From the NCBI GenBank assembly GCA_951406725.2, contig OX597833.1:19034001-19098000 (forward strand): a DNA stretch of 64,000 nt. Direction: 5' to 3'. Of the stretch, positions 50,898 to 63,631 are shown piece by piece; position 1 is the first letter of the stretch; each line of letters begins with the position of its first letter. Source of the DNA: Octopus vulgaris. Lineage: Eukaryota. Made by a program: the position numbers and the translations under genes. The notes beneath the pieces are model-generated. The model had not been told where the DNA came from. It did no database searches and worked only from the letters and a program-made list of their open reading frames with translations.

Positions 50898-52402
50898 GCA
50901 GTGTATTAAAGGAGTCATTCATTTGTCACCTCTCCTGTGCATGGTCATTCATACATCTTCTATTATATCTCTCAGGTAATCAAAGCCTTGTGAGTAGATT
51001 CAGTAGAGAGAAACTAACAGAAGCTCATTGTAAAGATCTAAGTGTGTGTGTGTGTGTGTGCATGTATTTGTGTATGTTACTGTCTCCTTTATTTGACATT
51101 GCGTGACAGTTGTGAGTGTTACTATCATTTCCAGTTGTCCATGGAAACATGTCCGATCATGAAGAAATATTACCTTTGTTGGAAACAAGTGAGGGTTGGC
51201 AACAGGGAGAGCATCTGGCCATAAAATCTGCTTCAGCAAATTCCTATCTGGTCCATGTGAGCATGAAAATGTAGACGTTAAACGATAAGGATTATGATGA
51301 TGATGATGATGAACGTTATTGCTCTTACTTTAGATATAACGGTTCCTGGTTCAAATTCTATCACTTGGTGCACAATCAGTAATAAGACATCTAACGATCA
51401 AACTAATTGAAGTATTTAATAAAATAACTGTTATTATTAAGCCGATGTTTAAGGTGGTGAGCTGGCAGAAGCATTAGCACACTGGGATACATGCTTACTT
51501 TTTTACTCTTTTACTTGTTTCAGTCATTTGATTGTGGCCATGCTGGAGCACAGCCTTTAGTTGAGCAAATCAACCCCAGGACTTTGTAAGCCTAGTACTT
51601 ATTTTTTTGTTTTCTTTTGCCAAACCGCTAAGTTATGGGGATGTAAACACACCAGCATCGGTTGTCATGCGATGTTGGGGGGACAATCATAGACACACAA
51701 ACACACACACACATATATATATACACATATACGATGGGCTTCTTTCAGTTTCTGTCTACCAAATCCACTCACAAGGCTTTGGTCGGCCTGAAGCTATAGC
51801 AGAAGACACTTGCCCAAGGTGTCATGCAGTGGGGCTGAACCTGGAACCACGTGGTTCGTAAGCAAGCTACTTAAGTTGGTATTTGGAGCCTGAATTACCA
51901 TAAAATTTTGACACAAGGTTTTTTTTTTTAAACTTTAGATTACTTTAAATCAAGAAGTTTGCACCAAACAATTAATGGTGATTTTGGGTGGGTTGGTATC
52001 AGAGGGATTAAATGGGGGAGAAAAAAAATCACTCAAATGAGGGTTCAGTAATTTAATGTTAAGTTTTGTTTTTTGCCATTGAACCCCAATCATCATCATC
52101 ATCATCATCATCATCATTATCTCCACGACGACAACCACCATCACCATCATCATCACAATCATGATCATTGTCACCACCATCATCATCATTGTTGCCATTA
52201 TCATTGTTATCATCACCATTGTTTAACATTTACTTTTCACTTTTCTGTAGCAGGATGCCCTTCCAGTTGCCAACCCTCACTTGTTTCCAAGCAAGGTGAT
52301 ATTTCCACAGGGCTGGAAATACTTTCAGAGAAGACTGGAAACAAACAACATCACTTGTATAATGGTGATGTTTATTCATTACTATCAAGTGATGACATGA
52401 CA

Positions 52403-52436
<34 letters not shown>

Positions 52437-53234
52437 TCATATATGATGGGCTTTTTTCAGTCTCTGTCTACCAAATCCACTCGCAATGTTTTGCTTGGCC
52501 CTGGGCTATAGAAGAAGAGACTTGCCCAAAATGGCATGCAGTGGGACTGAACCAGAGACCACATGGTTGGGAAGCAAGCTCTTTAGCCACACAGCCATGC
52601 CTGTGACAATATATTCTCTTTCCTTCAGTGGCTTAGTCACAGAAGGAAGGGCAGCACCTATAACTGCCCTTCATTCTTTGACTAAGGAAGTGCAGTTATA
52701 GTCCTTCCTTAGTCAAAGCGTATGATACTAGCAATAAGAAAGGAAGAAGTTATCTTCAGACCAAAGACTTGACTTGGATGTTTACAACAGTGGAATTCTA
52801 GTAAAGGCACCCAAGGGCCAAGTAAAGTCTGTAGCTCAGTTTTGTCAGAGAGAGTAAATAGGTAATGTATCAAACCCTAGGACTCATTGCATAAGTTACC
52901 CACAGACCATGGCACATAAGTGACCAAAATCATAGCATTCCCCCTGCATAGTCCATTTCAGAGTTGCTCATTTACAGCTGAGTGAACTGGAGCTATGTGA
53001 AATGAAGTGCTTTGCTCAAGAACACAATACACTACCCAGTTCGAAAATTGAAACCTCGATCTTGCAATCATGAGTACAATATTCTCACCTCTAGGCCACA
53101 TGTCTTTACTGTATTCACTGAAATTTGCCAACACCACACCTGATGTCCCCTTGCTCCATATGCATGCACACATGTATATCATGACTCGTACACTGTTCAC
53201 TTTCCTGACTTTTGTACTGTACATGCACCTTTAG

Positions 53235-53570
53235 TGAAGGCGCATGGCTCAGTGGTTAGACTGTCGAGCTTACGATAGTGAGGTTGTGAGTTTGAATCCT
53301 GGACCGGGCTGCGTGTTGTGTTCTTGAGCAAGATACTCTATTTCACATTGCTCCAGTTCACTCAGCTGTAGAAATGAGTTGCGACGTCACACGTGCCAAG
53401 CTATATCTGCTGTTGCTTTTCCCTTGGATAACACTGGTGGCGTGGAGAGGGGAGGCCGGTATGCATGGGCGACTGCTGGTCTTCCATAATCAGCCTTGCC
53501 TGGACTTGTGCCTGGGAGGGTAACTTTCTAGGTGCAATCCCACGGTCAGTCATGACCGAAGGGGGTCTCA
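53235..53570 (+). mobile_element. tRNA(Arg-like)-derived CORE-type SINE family C
   Basis: tggctcagtggttag A-box, ACG anticodon-like loop, CORE-like gtgttcttgagcaagat. 12-bp TSD acatgcaccttt at 53221 and 53571. Second copy at 62987-63323. Confidence 0.85.
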
Positions 53571-53667
53571 ACATGCACCTTTGATGAGTTGTAGTGCCCC
53601 TGAGCACCATACGCAATAATTTCCTTATTAATTATTAGAAAGACAATGAAAAAAAAAACCAACTTAC

Positions 53668-53800
53668 TTTGTATCAAGTCTGCGACGGTTGTTCCAGACA
53701 CAACCAAAGGAAGGCAACCACTGAGCATTCACAGATATTTCTTTGCTTAAGTTGGCTCCAACACGTTCTTTTGGCAACTTAGACATCCTGACATCGGTTA
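53668..53800 (-). CDS. CENATAC: CENATAC/CCDC84 coding exon
   Basis: (L)TDVRMSKLPKERVGANLSKEISVNAQWLPSFGCVWNNRRRLDT aligns with human KKLPPDRVGANF...GWLPSFGRVWNNGRRWQS. tttcag acceptor, gtaagt donor; 133 nt, phases fit both neighbouring exons. Confidence 0.93.
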
Positions 53801-56800
53801 CTGAAATTTGAAATTAATAGAAATCGTAATTATGATTCTTGTTTTTTCTTTGTTTGTCTTTTAATTTCAACATTATGTTTTACATGTTTCAAATGAATAT
53901 TGTCAGCACTACCGTTTTATATTTTATTCAAAGAAATACCCAACACAATGTATATTTGATCTGCAGTATGTCAGAGACTGTACATAACCATGAAACTATC
54001 TTTCTAAGTGAATATTATTGATTATAAGCAATGATTATCAGTATTTATTATATACACTCACTGAACATACATCTACTTATTCCTTTTTTTTTTTTTACTC
54101 TTTTACTTGTTTCAGTCATTTGACTGTGGCCATGCTGGAGTACTGCCTTTAGTCGAGTAAATCGACCCCAGGATTTATTCTTTGTAAGCCTAGTACTTAT
54201 TCTATCAGTTTCTTTTGCCGAACCGCTAAGTTACGGGGAACTAAACACACCAGCATCAGTTGTCAAGCAATATTGGGGGGACAAACACAGACACACATAT
54301 ATATATACATACACGTATATACGATGGGCTTCTTTCAGTTTCCGTCAACCAAATCCACCCACAAGGCTTTGGTCGGCCTGAGGCTATAGTAGAAGACACT
54401 TGCCCAAGGTGCCATGCAGTGGGACTGAACCCGGAACCATGTGGTTTGTAAGCAAGCTACTTACCACACAGCTGCTCCTACGCCTATGTGAAATAAACAT
54501 ATAGCTTTATTACATTTTGTTTTATTTAATTCATCAGATGTCTTTCTATCTATGTGGACACACACACACACAAATATAAGTAACAGACTTTAAAAAATAT
54601 ATTGGTGTCGATTGTTTGGCTAAGATCCTTCAAGATGGTGCTTCAGCATGGCCACAGTTCGATGACTAAAATAAGTAAAACAAAGATAAAGAGCTAAAGC
54701 ATTTGTCTTTACAGTTACACTTTCTTTATTTGGTTATTCATTGAAAACGCACAACAATGTCCACTCTCTTAACAACGAGATATTTTATGGCAGTCCTCAT
54801 CTGGACCTTAAATGCCAGTGGTGAATGTATATGTGGTTGTGGTGCTAGCTAAGATGATTGAATTTTTTGGCTATTTTCTGCTTTCTTCTTGGACGGAACT
54901 CATGAAAGATGGATACCCAGAAAACATGGGACAAAGTACTGAAGAATGACCTCAGGAAGCTGAACCTTTTGGATGAGATGATAAAGGACCAGGATATCTA
55001 GCATCTTGCTATACACAAGAAGACCTCTCCTTCACAGGTAAAGGGGATTGACCTGCAAGATTCTTGTGCCAATTCCATGTAAAAAGCACTTGTGCTGGTG
55101 CCATGTAAAAGTGCTTGTGCTGGTGCCACAGAAACCAAGCAAAATCAGACTGGAACATGGTGCAGTTCTCTGGCTTGCCAGCTCTGGTCAAATTGTCCAA
55201 CCCATGCCAGCATGGAAAATGGACGTTAAAGGATGATGATGATGATTTAGGTGATGCTGGGTGATCATGGCCTCAGTAATTTTGCAGTTGGTCTTTTCAA
55301 GTTGGCAATGTGAGGCCCACGACCACCACACCAGGCAATTCTCAGGATGCACTGGAGGCAGCTCATATGGAAGTGCTTGAAGAACTCTAAGCTTCACCAA
55401 AGAGGCGGTGATACAAACTTGGAATGTGGTGACCACTGTGAAAAAACGAATACTTTTGTATAGGCACAGATGTAGCTGTATGGTTAAGAAGTTTGCTTCC
55501 CAACCATGTGGTCTCATGTTCAATACCACTGTATGACACTGGAGCTGAGTGAAATGAAGTGCTTTGCTCAAGAACACAACACACTACCCAGTTCAAGAAT
55601 TGAAACCTCAATCTTGCAATCATGAGTGCAATACTCTCATCTCTAGGCCACATGTCTTTACTGTATTCACTGAAAGAAGCTTGTTGTGTGTATATCATCG
55701 TCATTACATGGAGGCATGTGGTTTAGTGTTTAGGGTGTTGGACTCATGATGGTAAGATTGTAGTTTCAATTCCTGGACTGGGCAATGCATTGTGTTCTTG
55801 AGCAAAACACTTCATTTCATGTTGCTTCAGTCCACTCAGCTGGCAAAAATGAGTAATCATGGGATGGACTGGCGTCACAGGAAGGAATATATATTCCATG
55901 GAAACCGGGAAACTGGGAAACCAACTCTTATGAGTTGGTATGATTCGAGAAAGTAACTTTTTACATCATCATCATATAGGCATAGGAGTGGTTGTGTGGT
56001 AAGCATCTTGCTTACCAACCACATGGTTCCAGGTTCAGTCCCACTGCCTGGCACCTTGGGCAAGTGTCTTCTATTATAGCCTTGGGTCGACCAAAGCCTT
56101 GTGAGTGGATTTGGTAGACAGAAACTGGAAGAAGCCCGTCATATATATGTATGTGTGTCTGTGTTTGTCTCCCCAACATCACTTGACAACTGATGTTGGT
56201 GTGTTTATGTCCCCATAACTTAGCAGTTTGGCAAACAAGACCGATAGAATAAGTATTAGGCTTACAAAGATTAAGTCCTGGGGTTGATTTGCTTGACTAA
56301 AGGCAGTGCTCCAGCATGGCCACAGTGAAACAAGTAAAAGAGTAAAGAGTATATAATGTCGTTTTTATCATGCTGGCCAGAGGGCACTGCCAGGTTCCAT
56401 GTCTGTTTTGGCAAGGTTTCTATAGCTGGATAGCCTTCCTCATGTCAACCACTTAACAGAGAGTACTGGGTGGTTTTTACATGGCACTAGCATTGGTAAG
56501 GTTGCCAAGATAAGACCCCTCAACAGAAATATAGATTGGAGGAATAAGAAACTATAATAAAGGGAGAGGACCAGATGTCATGCTGAAGAGGTAAATACAA
56601 GACTTGCTAACCTGGAAAGTGAGAGAGAGAGAGAAAGAGAAATGTGAGGTCCAGGTAAACGTTTATGTGTGTTAGTGTCTGTCCCCCACCACTGCTTGAC
56701 AACTGGCGATGGTCTGGTTATAGGATAGAAGAGGAGAAAAGGTGGATATGTAGGTAAGTGTACTGTTACAGCCCACATTATGATGATGTATTTTGTTGTC

Positions 56801-56835
56801 TCTGTGGGACTGGTCAGTCAGCAAGGTACACTATT

Positions 56836-57456
56836 AACATTATTTACATTTGACAGATATTTGTCCTCATCTTATTTCTTTACTGCCCACAAGGGGCTAC
56901 ACACAGAGGGGACAAACAAGGACAGTCAAATGGATTAAGTCGATTATATCGACCCCATTGTGTAAATAGTACTTATTTAATTGACCCTGAAAGGATGAAA
57001 GGCAAAGTTGACCTCGGCTGATATACTCTACAGCTTTCATCAGGCGTCTTGTGGAAATTTCGAACCTGGGTTCTCATTTCTAAGGTATTTTTCGATGTTG
57101 TTGCTGTTGTTGTTATTATTATTCAGGTCACTGCCTGGAATCGAACTCGGAATCTTGGGGTTAGTAGCCCGCGCTCTATGCCATATGCATCTGGGCAGTT
57201 ATGGAGTGAATTTTAGGGCTTATAAATCTAATATTTTCGTATCCTTCCTTAATAATAATAATAATAATAATAATAACAACAACATCGAAAAATACCTAAG
57301 GAATGAGAACCCAGGTTCAAAATTTCCCCAAGACACCTGATGAAGGCTGGAGGGTATATCAGCCGAAACGTTGTCTTAACAACAAACAAGATGAGGACAG
57401 ATATCCGTTGAATGTAAATAATGTACATAATTCCTCATTTATTAAATATAGAACTG
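56836..57456. mobile_element. Family H inverted pair; left arm interrupted by a family B SINE fragment (56873-57018)
   Basis: Left arm (-) 56836-57188 and right arm (+) 57250-57456 match the arms at 1791-2291; the right arm lacks the tRNA head. Confidence 0.85.
57332..57377 (+). ncRNA. Minimal type I hammerhead ribozyme motif (loopless ACGU stem III)
   Basis: gacac-CTGATGA-a-ggctg gagggtatat cagcc-GAAA-CGT-T-gtctt. Core intact, 5-bp stem II, stem I with one mismatch. Confidence 0.8.
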
Positions 57457-59072
57457 TAGTAAGGTACACTGTTTGGGACAGTCCCACAGAGATGATGAAG
57501 TATGTTGTCATAATTCGGTACTTGAATCCTTGTCACCACTGTTATATAGTAGCAGGACATAACATGTACGAAGTGAAAATAGTGACAGATGATTAGACAT
57601 GAGGAATGAGACACAGCGGATATCAATTCATACACATATGTGTGTATTGAGAATTTTGGAAATATGCTGTGCTGGAGAAGACCCGGCAAGCCAAGTGAGA
57701 CCATAACCTTGTAGCCTAAGCCAGGGGTGTAACCAGCCCACTTATGCGTACCTTCTTTTCATTGGACACTGCTTGTGAAGACCTGTTGAGGCAAGTGAAA
57801 TTAGAATCAAAATCAAATTCGATGACTGGCATCTGTGCCATTGGAGCACTAAGAGCACCATCCGAGCGTGATCGTTGCCAGAGCAGCTGACTGGCGTTCG
57901 TGCCGGTGGCATGTAAAAAGCACCATTCGAGCATGATCGTTACCAGTGTCACCTTACTGTCACTTGTGCCAGTGTGCAGGTGACACGTAAAAAAAAAAAA
58001 CAACCCGATTTTCCGTGACTGTTGCCAGCACCGCCTGACTGGCCCTCATGCCGGTGGCACATAAAAGCACCCACTACACTCTCGGAGTGGTTGGTGTTAG
58101 GAAGGGCATCCAGCTGTAGAAACTCTGCTCGATCAAGATTGGAGGCTGGTGCAGCCATCTGGTTCACTAGCTCTCAGTCAAATCGTCCAACCCATGCAAG
58201 CATGGAAAGCAGACATATGATGATGATGTATAGTGTGTGTGTGTATCCTTGTCTAGATATCATGTGATGGCTATAAATGAGGATCATTGTTATATGAGCA
58301 ATGTTGTTCATTTCCAAGGCTTCTGTGAAAAACATGTCTGGCCATGGTGAAATATCTTAGTTGGAAACAGCTCAGGACGCAACAGGAAGGGCAGCCAACT
58401 GTAAAAAATCTGCCTCAACAAATTCTGACCGACCCATGTGAGCATGGAAAAGTAGACATTAAATGATGATGATAATGATGAATATCATGTTTCAGTCTAT
58501 TAGACCTCATCAGCATCGTGTAGTTTACTCAGGACTGCTGATCAATTGACAAAGATTTTTCACATATTGAAGAAGAGTCATGAATAATTTTTGGCCAGTA
58601 TAATTGCATAATAAAAAAAAAATTAAATTAACTAGTGTGGCTGTGTGGTAAGAAGTTTGCTTGCCAACCACATGGTTCCTGGGTTCAGTCTCATTGTGTG
58701 GCACCTGGGGCGCGTGTTTTCTACTATAGCCTCAGGCTGACTAAAGCCTTGGTGATTGGATTTGGTAGGAGGGAACTGAAAGAAGCCCATTGTGTGTGTG
58801 TGCACGCATGGGTGCATGCATGTGTGTGTGTTGGTGTGTCTATGTGTCCCTCACCACCTCTTGACAACTGGTGATGGTGTGTTAACATCCCCATAACTTA
58901 ACAATTTGGCCAAAGAGACGAACAGAATAAGTAACAGGCTTAAAAAAAAAAGTACTGGGTTTGATTCATTTCACTAAAATTCATCAAGGCGGTGCTCCAG
59001 CATGGCCACAGTCAAATTACTGAAACAAGTAAAAGAATAAAAGAATTCCTTTTAAATCTGTAAAGTACTCAC

Positions 59073-59190
59073 AGTGTTTCTGATAGTCTACTATACTAGG
59101 GCCGATTACTTGATGTTCTGTAGAGTTGTCAGACACTTGCATCCAGGGTGGCAAACCTCCGCTGTGTACATTGGGAATGTTTACATTCTT
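59073..59190 (-). CDS. CENATAC: CENATAC/CCDC84 coding exon
   Basis: KNVNIPNVHSGGLPPWMQVSDNSTEHQVIGPSIVDYQKH aligns with human [35 protein letters not shown] (recalled). tgcag acceptor, gtgagt donor, 118 nt ending in phase 1. Confidence 0.92.
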
Positions 59191-59303
59191 CTGCATAATA
59201 AAAACAACAATAACAATATTGGTATTAAGATACAAAAATATTGAAATCAATTCTTGAAGATCAATGGGTATGAGTAAGTATCTCATTTATTTCTTTGCCA
59301 CAT

Positions 59304-59363
59304 TTATCACTGACGAAGGGAGGGTTCTTCTGAACCAACCATGAAATCGGTCCGATATGGTAA
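59304..59363 (+). ncRNA. Type I hammerhead ribozyme motif in a CENATAC intron (antisense to the gene)
   Basis: ttatca-CTGACGA-[agggag ggttc ttct gaacc aaccat]-GAAA-tcg gtc cga-TA-tggtaa. 6-bp stem I, 4-bp stem III (atcg/cgat), AUA triplet. Confidence 0.8.
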
Positions 59364-59651
59364 TAATGGAATTTTTTTAGAAATTTCAGTTGACTTTTTT
59401 TTTTTGAGTAGCGTGCGTATTGTGAAACATTATATGGTTATGGATAATGTGTTCAATTTCAGCATATTTGGCATTAGAAATTTTTTCGTTTGCCCTTATT
59501 TATGAGTTGTTTATAAATTTAACCTTTAAAGGTATTTTTTAATATGCTGGCCATTGATAAAATTTTTTTTTGAAAAAATTTTATCCTATATTAAATATAT
59601 ATATATAATAGGTATATCTGTTCCCTGACTTATCGTCTCTTAGATGACTCA

Positions 59652-59685
<34 letters not shown>

Positions 59686-59764
59686 ATAATAATAATATTA
59701 GGGAATAAATCCAAACTTACAGGGAAAAATTAGATTTAGGATTAAATCCAATTTTATAGTATAA

Positions 59765-60190
59765 ATATATTATATTATATTATATTAAATTAGAGATAAA
59801 ACCACTATTTGGCAAATCAGTGAAAAACATAAGCCAATACATAAAATTAATTTAAAAATATAAAATTAAAAAAATTATTTAAATAATTTATAAATTTTAA
59901 ATATATATATACAAATATATATGTATGTATATTTTTATATTTATATATTATTTTATTTATTAATTAATTAATTTATTTATTTATATAGAAAAAAAAATTA
60001 ATAAATAAAATAATATATAAATATAAAAATATACATACATATATATTTGTATATATATATTTAAAATTTATAAATTATTTAAATAATTTTATATTTTAAA
60101 ATTAATTTTATGTATTGGCTTATGTTTTTCACTGTTTGATTTGCCTAATAGTGGTTTTATCTCTAATTTAATATAATATAATATATATAT
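59765..60190. repeat. Near-perfect AT-rich inverted repeat (~200-bp arms, ~30-nt spacer)
   Basis: ttagagataaaaccactatttggcaaatcagtgaaaaacataagccaatacataaaattaa versus ttaattttatgtattggcttatgtttttcactgtttgatttgcctaatagtggttttatctctaa; the inner arms mirror base for base. Confidence 0.95.
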
Positions 60191-61643
60191 AAATAATACA
60201 CAAGAAGATCCGTCCTCCATAGTAAAAGTGTTAAGGCTGCATCTCCTGGTGAAGAGTCCTGTGTCAGTGCCACATAAAAGGCACTCATGCAGGTGCACAC
60301 AAGAGGCACATGTGCCAGTGACATGAAAGTGCTCATGCTGGTGGCACATTAAAAGCACCCAGCACACACTGTAAAGTGGTTGGTGTTAGGAAGGGCATCA
60401 ACCTGTAGGAAACCAAGTCAAATGAGACTGGAACCTGATGAAGCTTGCCAGCTCAGGTCAAACTGTCCAACCCATACCAGCATGGAAAATGGACATTAAA
60501 GGAATATGATATTTATACATAAGGACACAGATGTGTGTCATATAGCCAGCTGGAGATGATGTTTCCTGGGGCTAAAACAACAGTAACATTCATCCCAACC
60601 AGGACTGCCACATTATGTTGGCAAATAATCTTTACTTTAAAGTACTGATACTGTATATCTCTCCTTGAGAGATTTAGAAATAATAAAGTTTATATATCTA
60701 TATATACACAATGGTCTTCTTTCAGTTTCTTATTTCTTTATTGCCCACAAGGGGCTAAACACAGAGGGGACACACAAGGACAAACAAAGGGATTAAGTCG
60801 ATTACATCGACCCCAGTGTGTAACTGGTACTTAATTTATCGACCCCAAAAGGATGAAAGGCAAAGTCGACCTCGGCTGAAGTTGAACTCAGAACGTAAAG
60901 ACAGACAAAATACCTATTTCTGTATTACCCACAAGGGGCTAAACAGGGTATTAAGTCGATTACATCGACCCCAGTGCGTAACTGGTACTTAATTTATCAA
61001 CCCCGAAAGGATGAAAAGCAAAGTTGACCTCGGCTGATGTTGAACTCAGAACGTAAAGACAGACAAAATACCGCTAAGCATTTTGCCCGGTGTGCTAACG
61101 CTTCTGCCAGCTCACCACCTTCTTTCAGTTTCTCTCTACCAAATCCGCTCACAAAGCATTAGTCGGCCCGAGGCTATAGTAGAAGACACTTGACTAAGGT
61201 GCCAATAAGTGGGGCTGAACCTGGAACCATGTGGTTTGGAAGCAGGCTTCATACCACAGTTATGTGTAGGTTGCGAGGTGAGAACAAATTTAAACTGATT
61301 AAAATTTTGTTTAGTTTTCATTACTGCTTGATGCAACAACTACATTAATTTATATATTTGCATGTTCACATGCATGCACACACACACACACACGTGCACG
61401 CACGCACACACATGCATGCGGATGCACACACAGAACAGACTTTCAGTTTCCGTTTACAAAATTCACTCACAAGGCTTTGGTTAACATGGAGCAAGAGAAA
61501 AAAATCACTTGCCCAAGGAGCCATGAAGTGGGATTGAACCTAAAACCATGTGGTTGGGAAGTGCACTGCTTAACCACACAGCCATGCCTCCACCTGTATG
61601 CGTACACAATATTTAAATAATTAAGATATATAAATACACTTAC

Positions 61644-61757
61644 CTTCATTTTAATAAGAGTTAGGCCATCACCAAATGCTGCGATGGTCTTCTTGAGTTG
61701 TGGTAATGTGTGTGATGTAACATCTGGTTTTAATGATTGCCTTGTAATGTTCTTAGC
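61644..61757 (-). CDS. CENATAC: CENATAC/CCDC84 internal coding exon (most 5' exon visible; earlier exons are probably beyond the window end)
   Basis: Minus-strand translation AKNITRQSLKPDVTSHTLPQLKKTIAAFGDGLTLIKMK. GTAAGT donor at 61643-61638, phase 0 into the next exon. GLTLI matches the SLTFI motif preceding GNIHSG in human CCDC84 as I recall it. The AAG acceptor is weak, so the 5' boundary is less certain. Confidence 0.75.
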
Positions 61758-63586
61758 CTTGCAGATGACACAATGTTAAACGACATGTGGAGAAAAAAGA
61801 TAAAAATTATCAATTTATTACAACCTCAAACTAATTACAGTAATTAATTACAAAGTTTAACTGATTTAAAAAGAGGGCACTGATGGCACCAGCAGGAATA
61901 TTTTATAGCAGATGTCTAACCTATTTTTCTATCTTTGTCTTTTACTTGTTTCAGTCATTGGATGGCAGCCATGCTGGAGCATCACCTCGAAGGGTTTCTG
62001 TTGAACCAATTGACCCCAATGATAATTGTTTTTTTTTCAATCTGGTACTTATTCTATTGGAACCTTTTGCCAAACTGCTAAGTCACTGGGATACTCTTTA
62101 CTCTTTTACTTGTTTCAGTCATTTGACTGCGGCCATGCTGGAGCACCGCCTTTTATTCGAGCAAATCGACCCCGGGACTTATTCTTTGTAAGCCCAGTAC
62201 TTATTCTATCAGTCTCTTTTGCTGAACCGCTAAGTGACGGGGACGTAAACACACCAGCATCTAGGGGGACAAACAGAGACACATAAATATACACACACAT
62301 ATATATATATATACATATATACGACGGGCTTCTTTCAGTTTCCGTCTACCAAATCCACTCACAAGGCTTTGGTCGGCCCGAGGCTATAGCAGAAGACACT
62401 TGCCCAAGATGCCACGCAGTGGGACTGAACCCGGAACCATGTGGTTGGTTAGCAAGCTACTTACCACACAGCCACTCCTGCGCCTATGGATGTATGCAAA
62501 CCAACATTGGTTGTCAAACAGTGGGGAGGAGACAAACACAAAGGCACACATGCGTACATACAAGAATATGATGGGGTTCCACACAGTTTCCATTTACCAG
62601 ATTTACTTGCAAGGCGTTGGCATGTCTGGGGCCATAGAAGAAGAAACTTGCCCAAGGTGGCACCTAGTGAGACTGAACTTGAAATCTCATAGTTTCAAAG
62701 CAAGTTTCTTCACCACACAGTCATGTTTGTGCCCCTCTCTTACCATTTACTTGTTTCAGTTATTACACTGTGGCCATTCTGGGGCACTGCATAGAGGAAT
62801 TTTAGTCGTACTAATCGACCTCAGTACTTATTTTCTTTTTAAGCCTGCTTCTTATTATATCAGTCTCTTTTGCTGAACTGCTAAGTTACAGGAATGTAAA
62901 CACACCAACACCGGCTGTCGAGCAGTAGTGAGGAACAAACACAGACACAAAGACGTACCCACAAAGATATGTGTGTGTGTATATGTGAAGATGCATGGCT
63001 CAGTGGTTAGAGCGTTGAACTAATGACCGTGAAGTTGTGACTTCGTATCTCGGACCAGGCTGCATGTTGTGTTCTTGAGCAAGACACTTTATTTCACGTT
63101 GCTCCAGTTCACTCAGCTGTAGAAATGAGTTGCAACGTCACTGGTGCCAAGCTGTATTGGCCTTTGCCTTTCCTTTGGATAACATCGGTGGCATGGTGAG
63201 AGGGGAGACTGGTATTCATGGGTGACTGCTAGTCTTCCATAAACAACCTTGCCCGGTCTTGTGCCTCGGAGGGTAACTTTCTAGGTGCAATACCATGGTC
63301 ATTTGTGACTGAAGGAGGTCTCCGATATATATATATATATAAACAAACTTCGGTTGTAGAACAAACAACAAATTTAAGGTCATCCACTTAACATATCATA
63401 TCTTGAACATTTAATCACATACAAAGAAATGCTTTTTCTTATACATAGAATACGGATGCACAAAATCACAGAAGAGGCAACAATATTTCATTTAGACAAG
63501 CATATACTCTTCTCATTTACTTGAGCACTTCTATTGCTCTCCTATTAACCTTCTTGTTCCTAATAAGAAACAATCACTATTATTAT

Positions 63587-63631
<45 letters not shown>

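Noticed and set aside
52073-52606. His-rich 177-aa ORF
   Set aside because: A degenerate (CAT/CAC)n tail of an RTE-type repeat read into SINE sequence, inside an intron.
63480-63560. Possible further CENATAC exon after a tttcttattag acceptor
   Set aside because: All three frames stop within 15 codons, there is no good donor in a compatible phase and no similarity to CCDC84.
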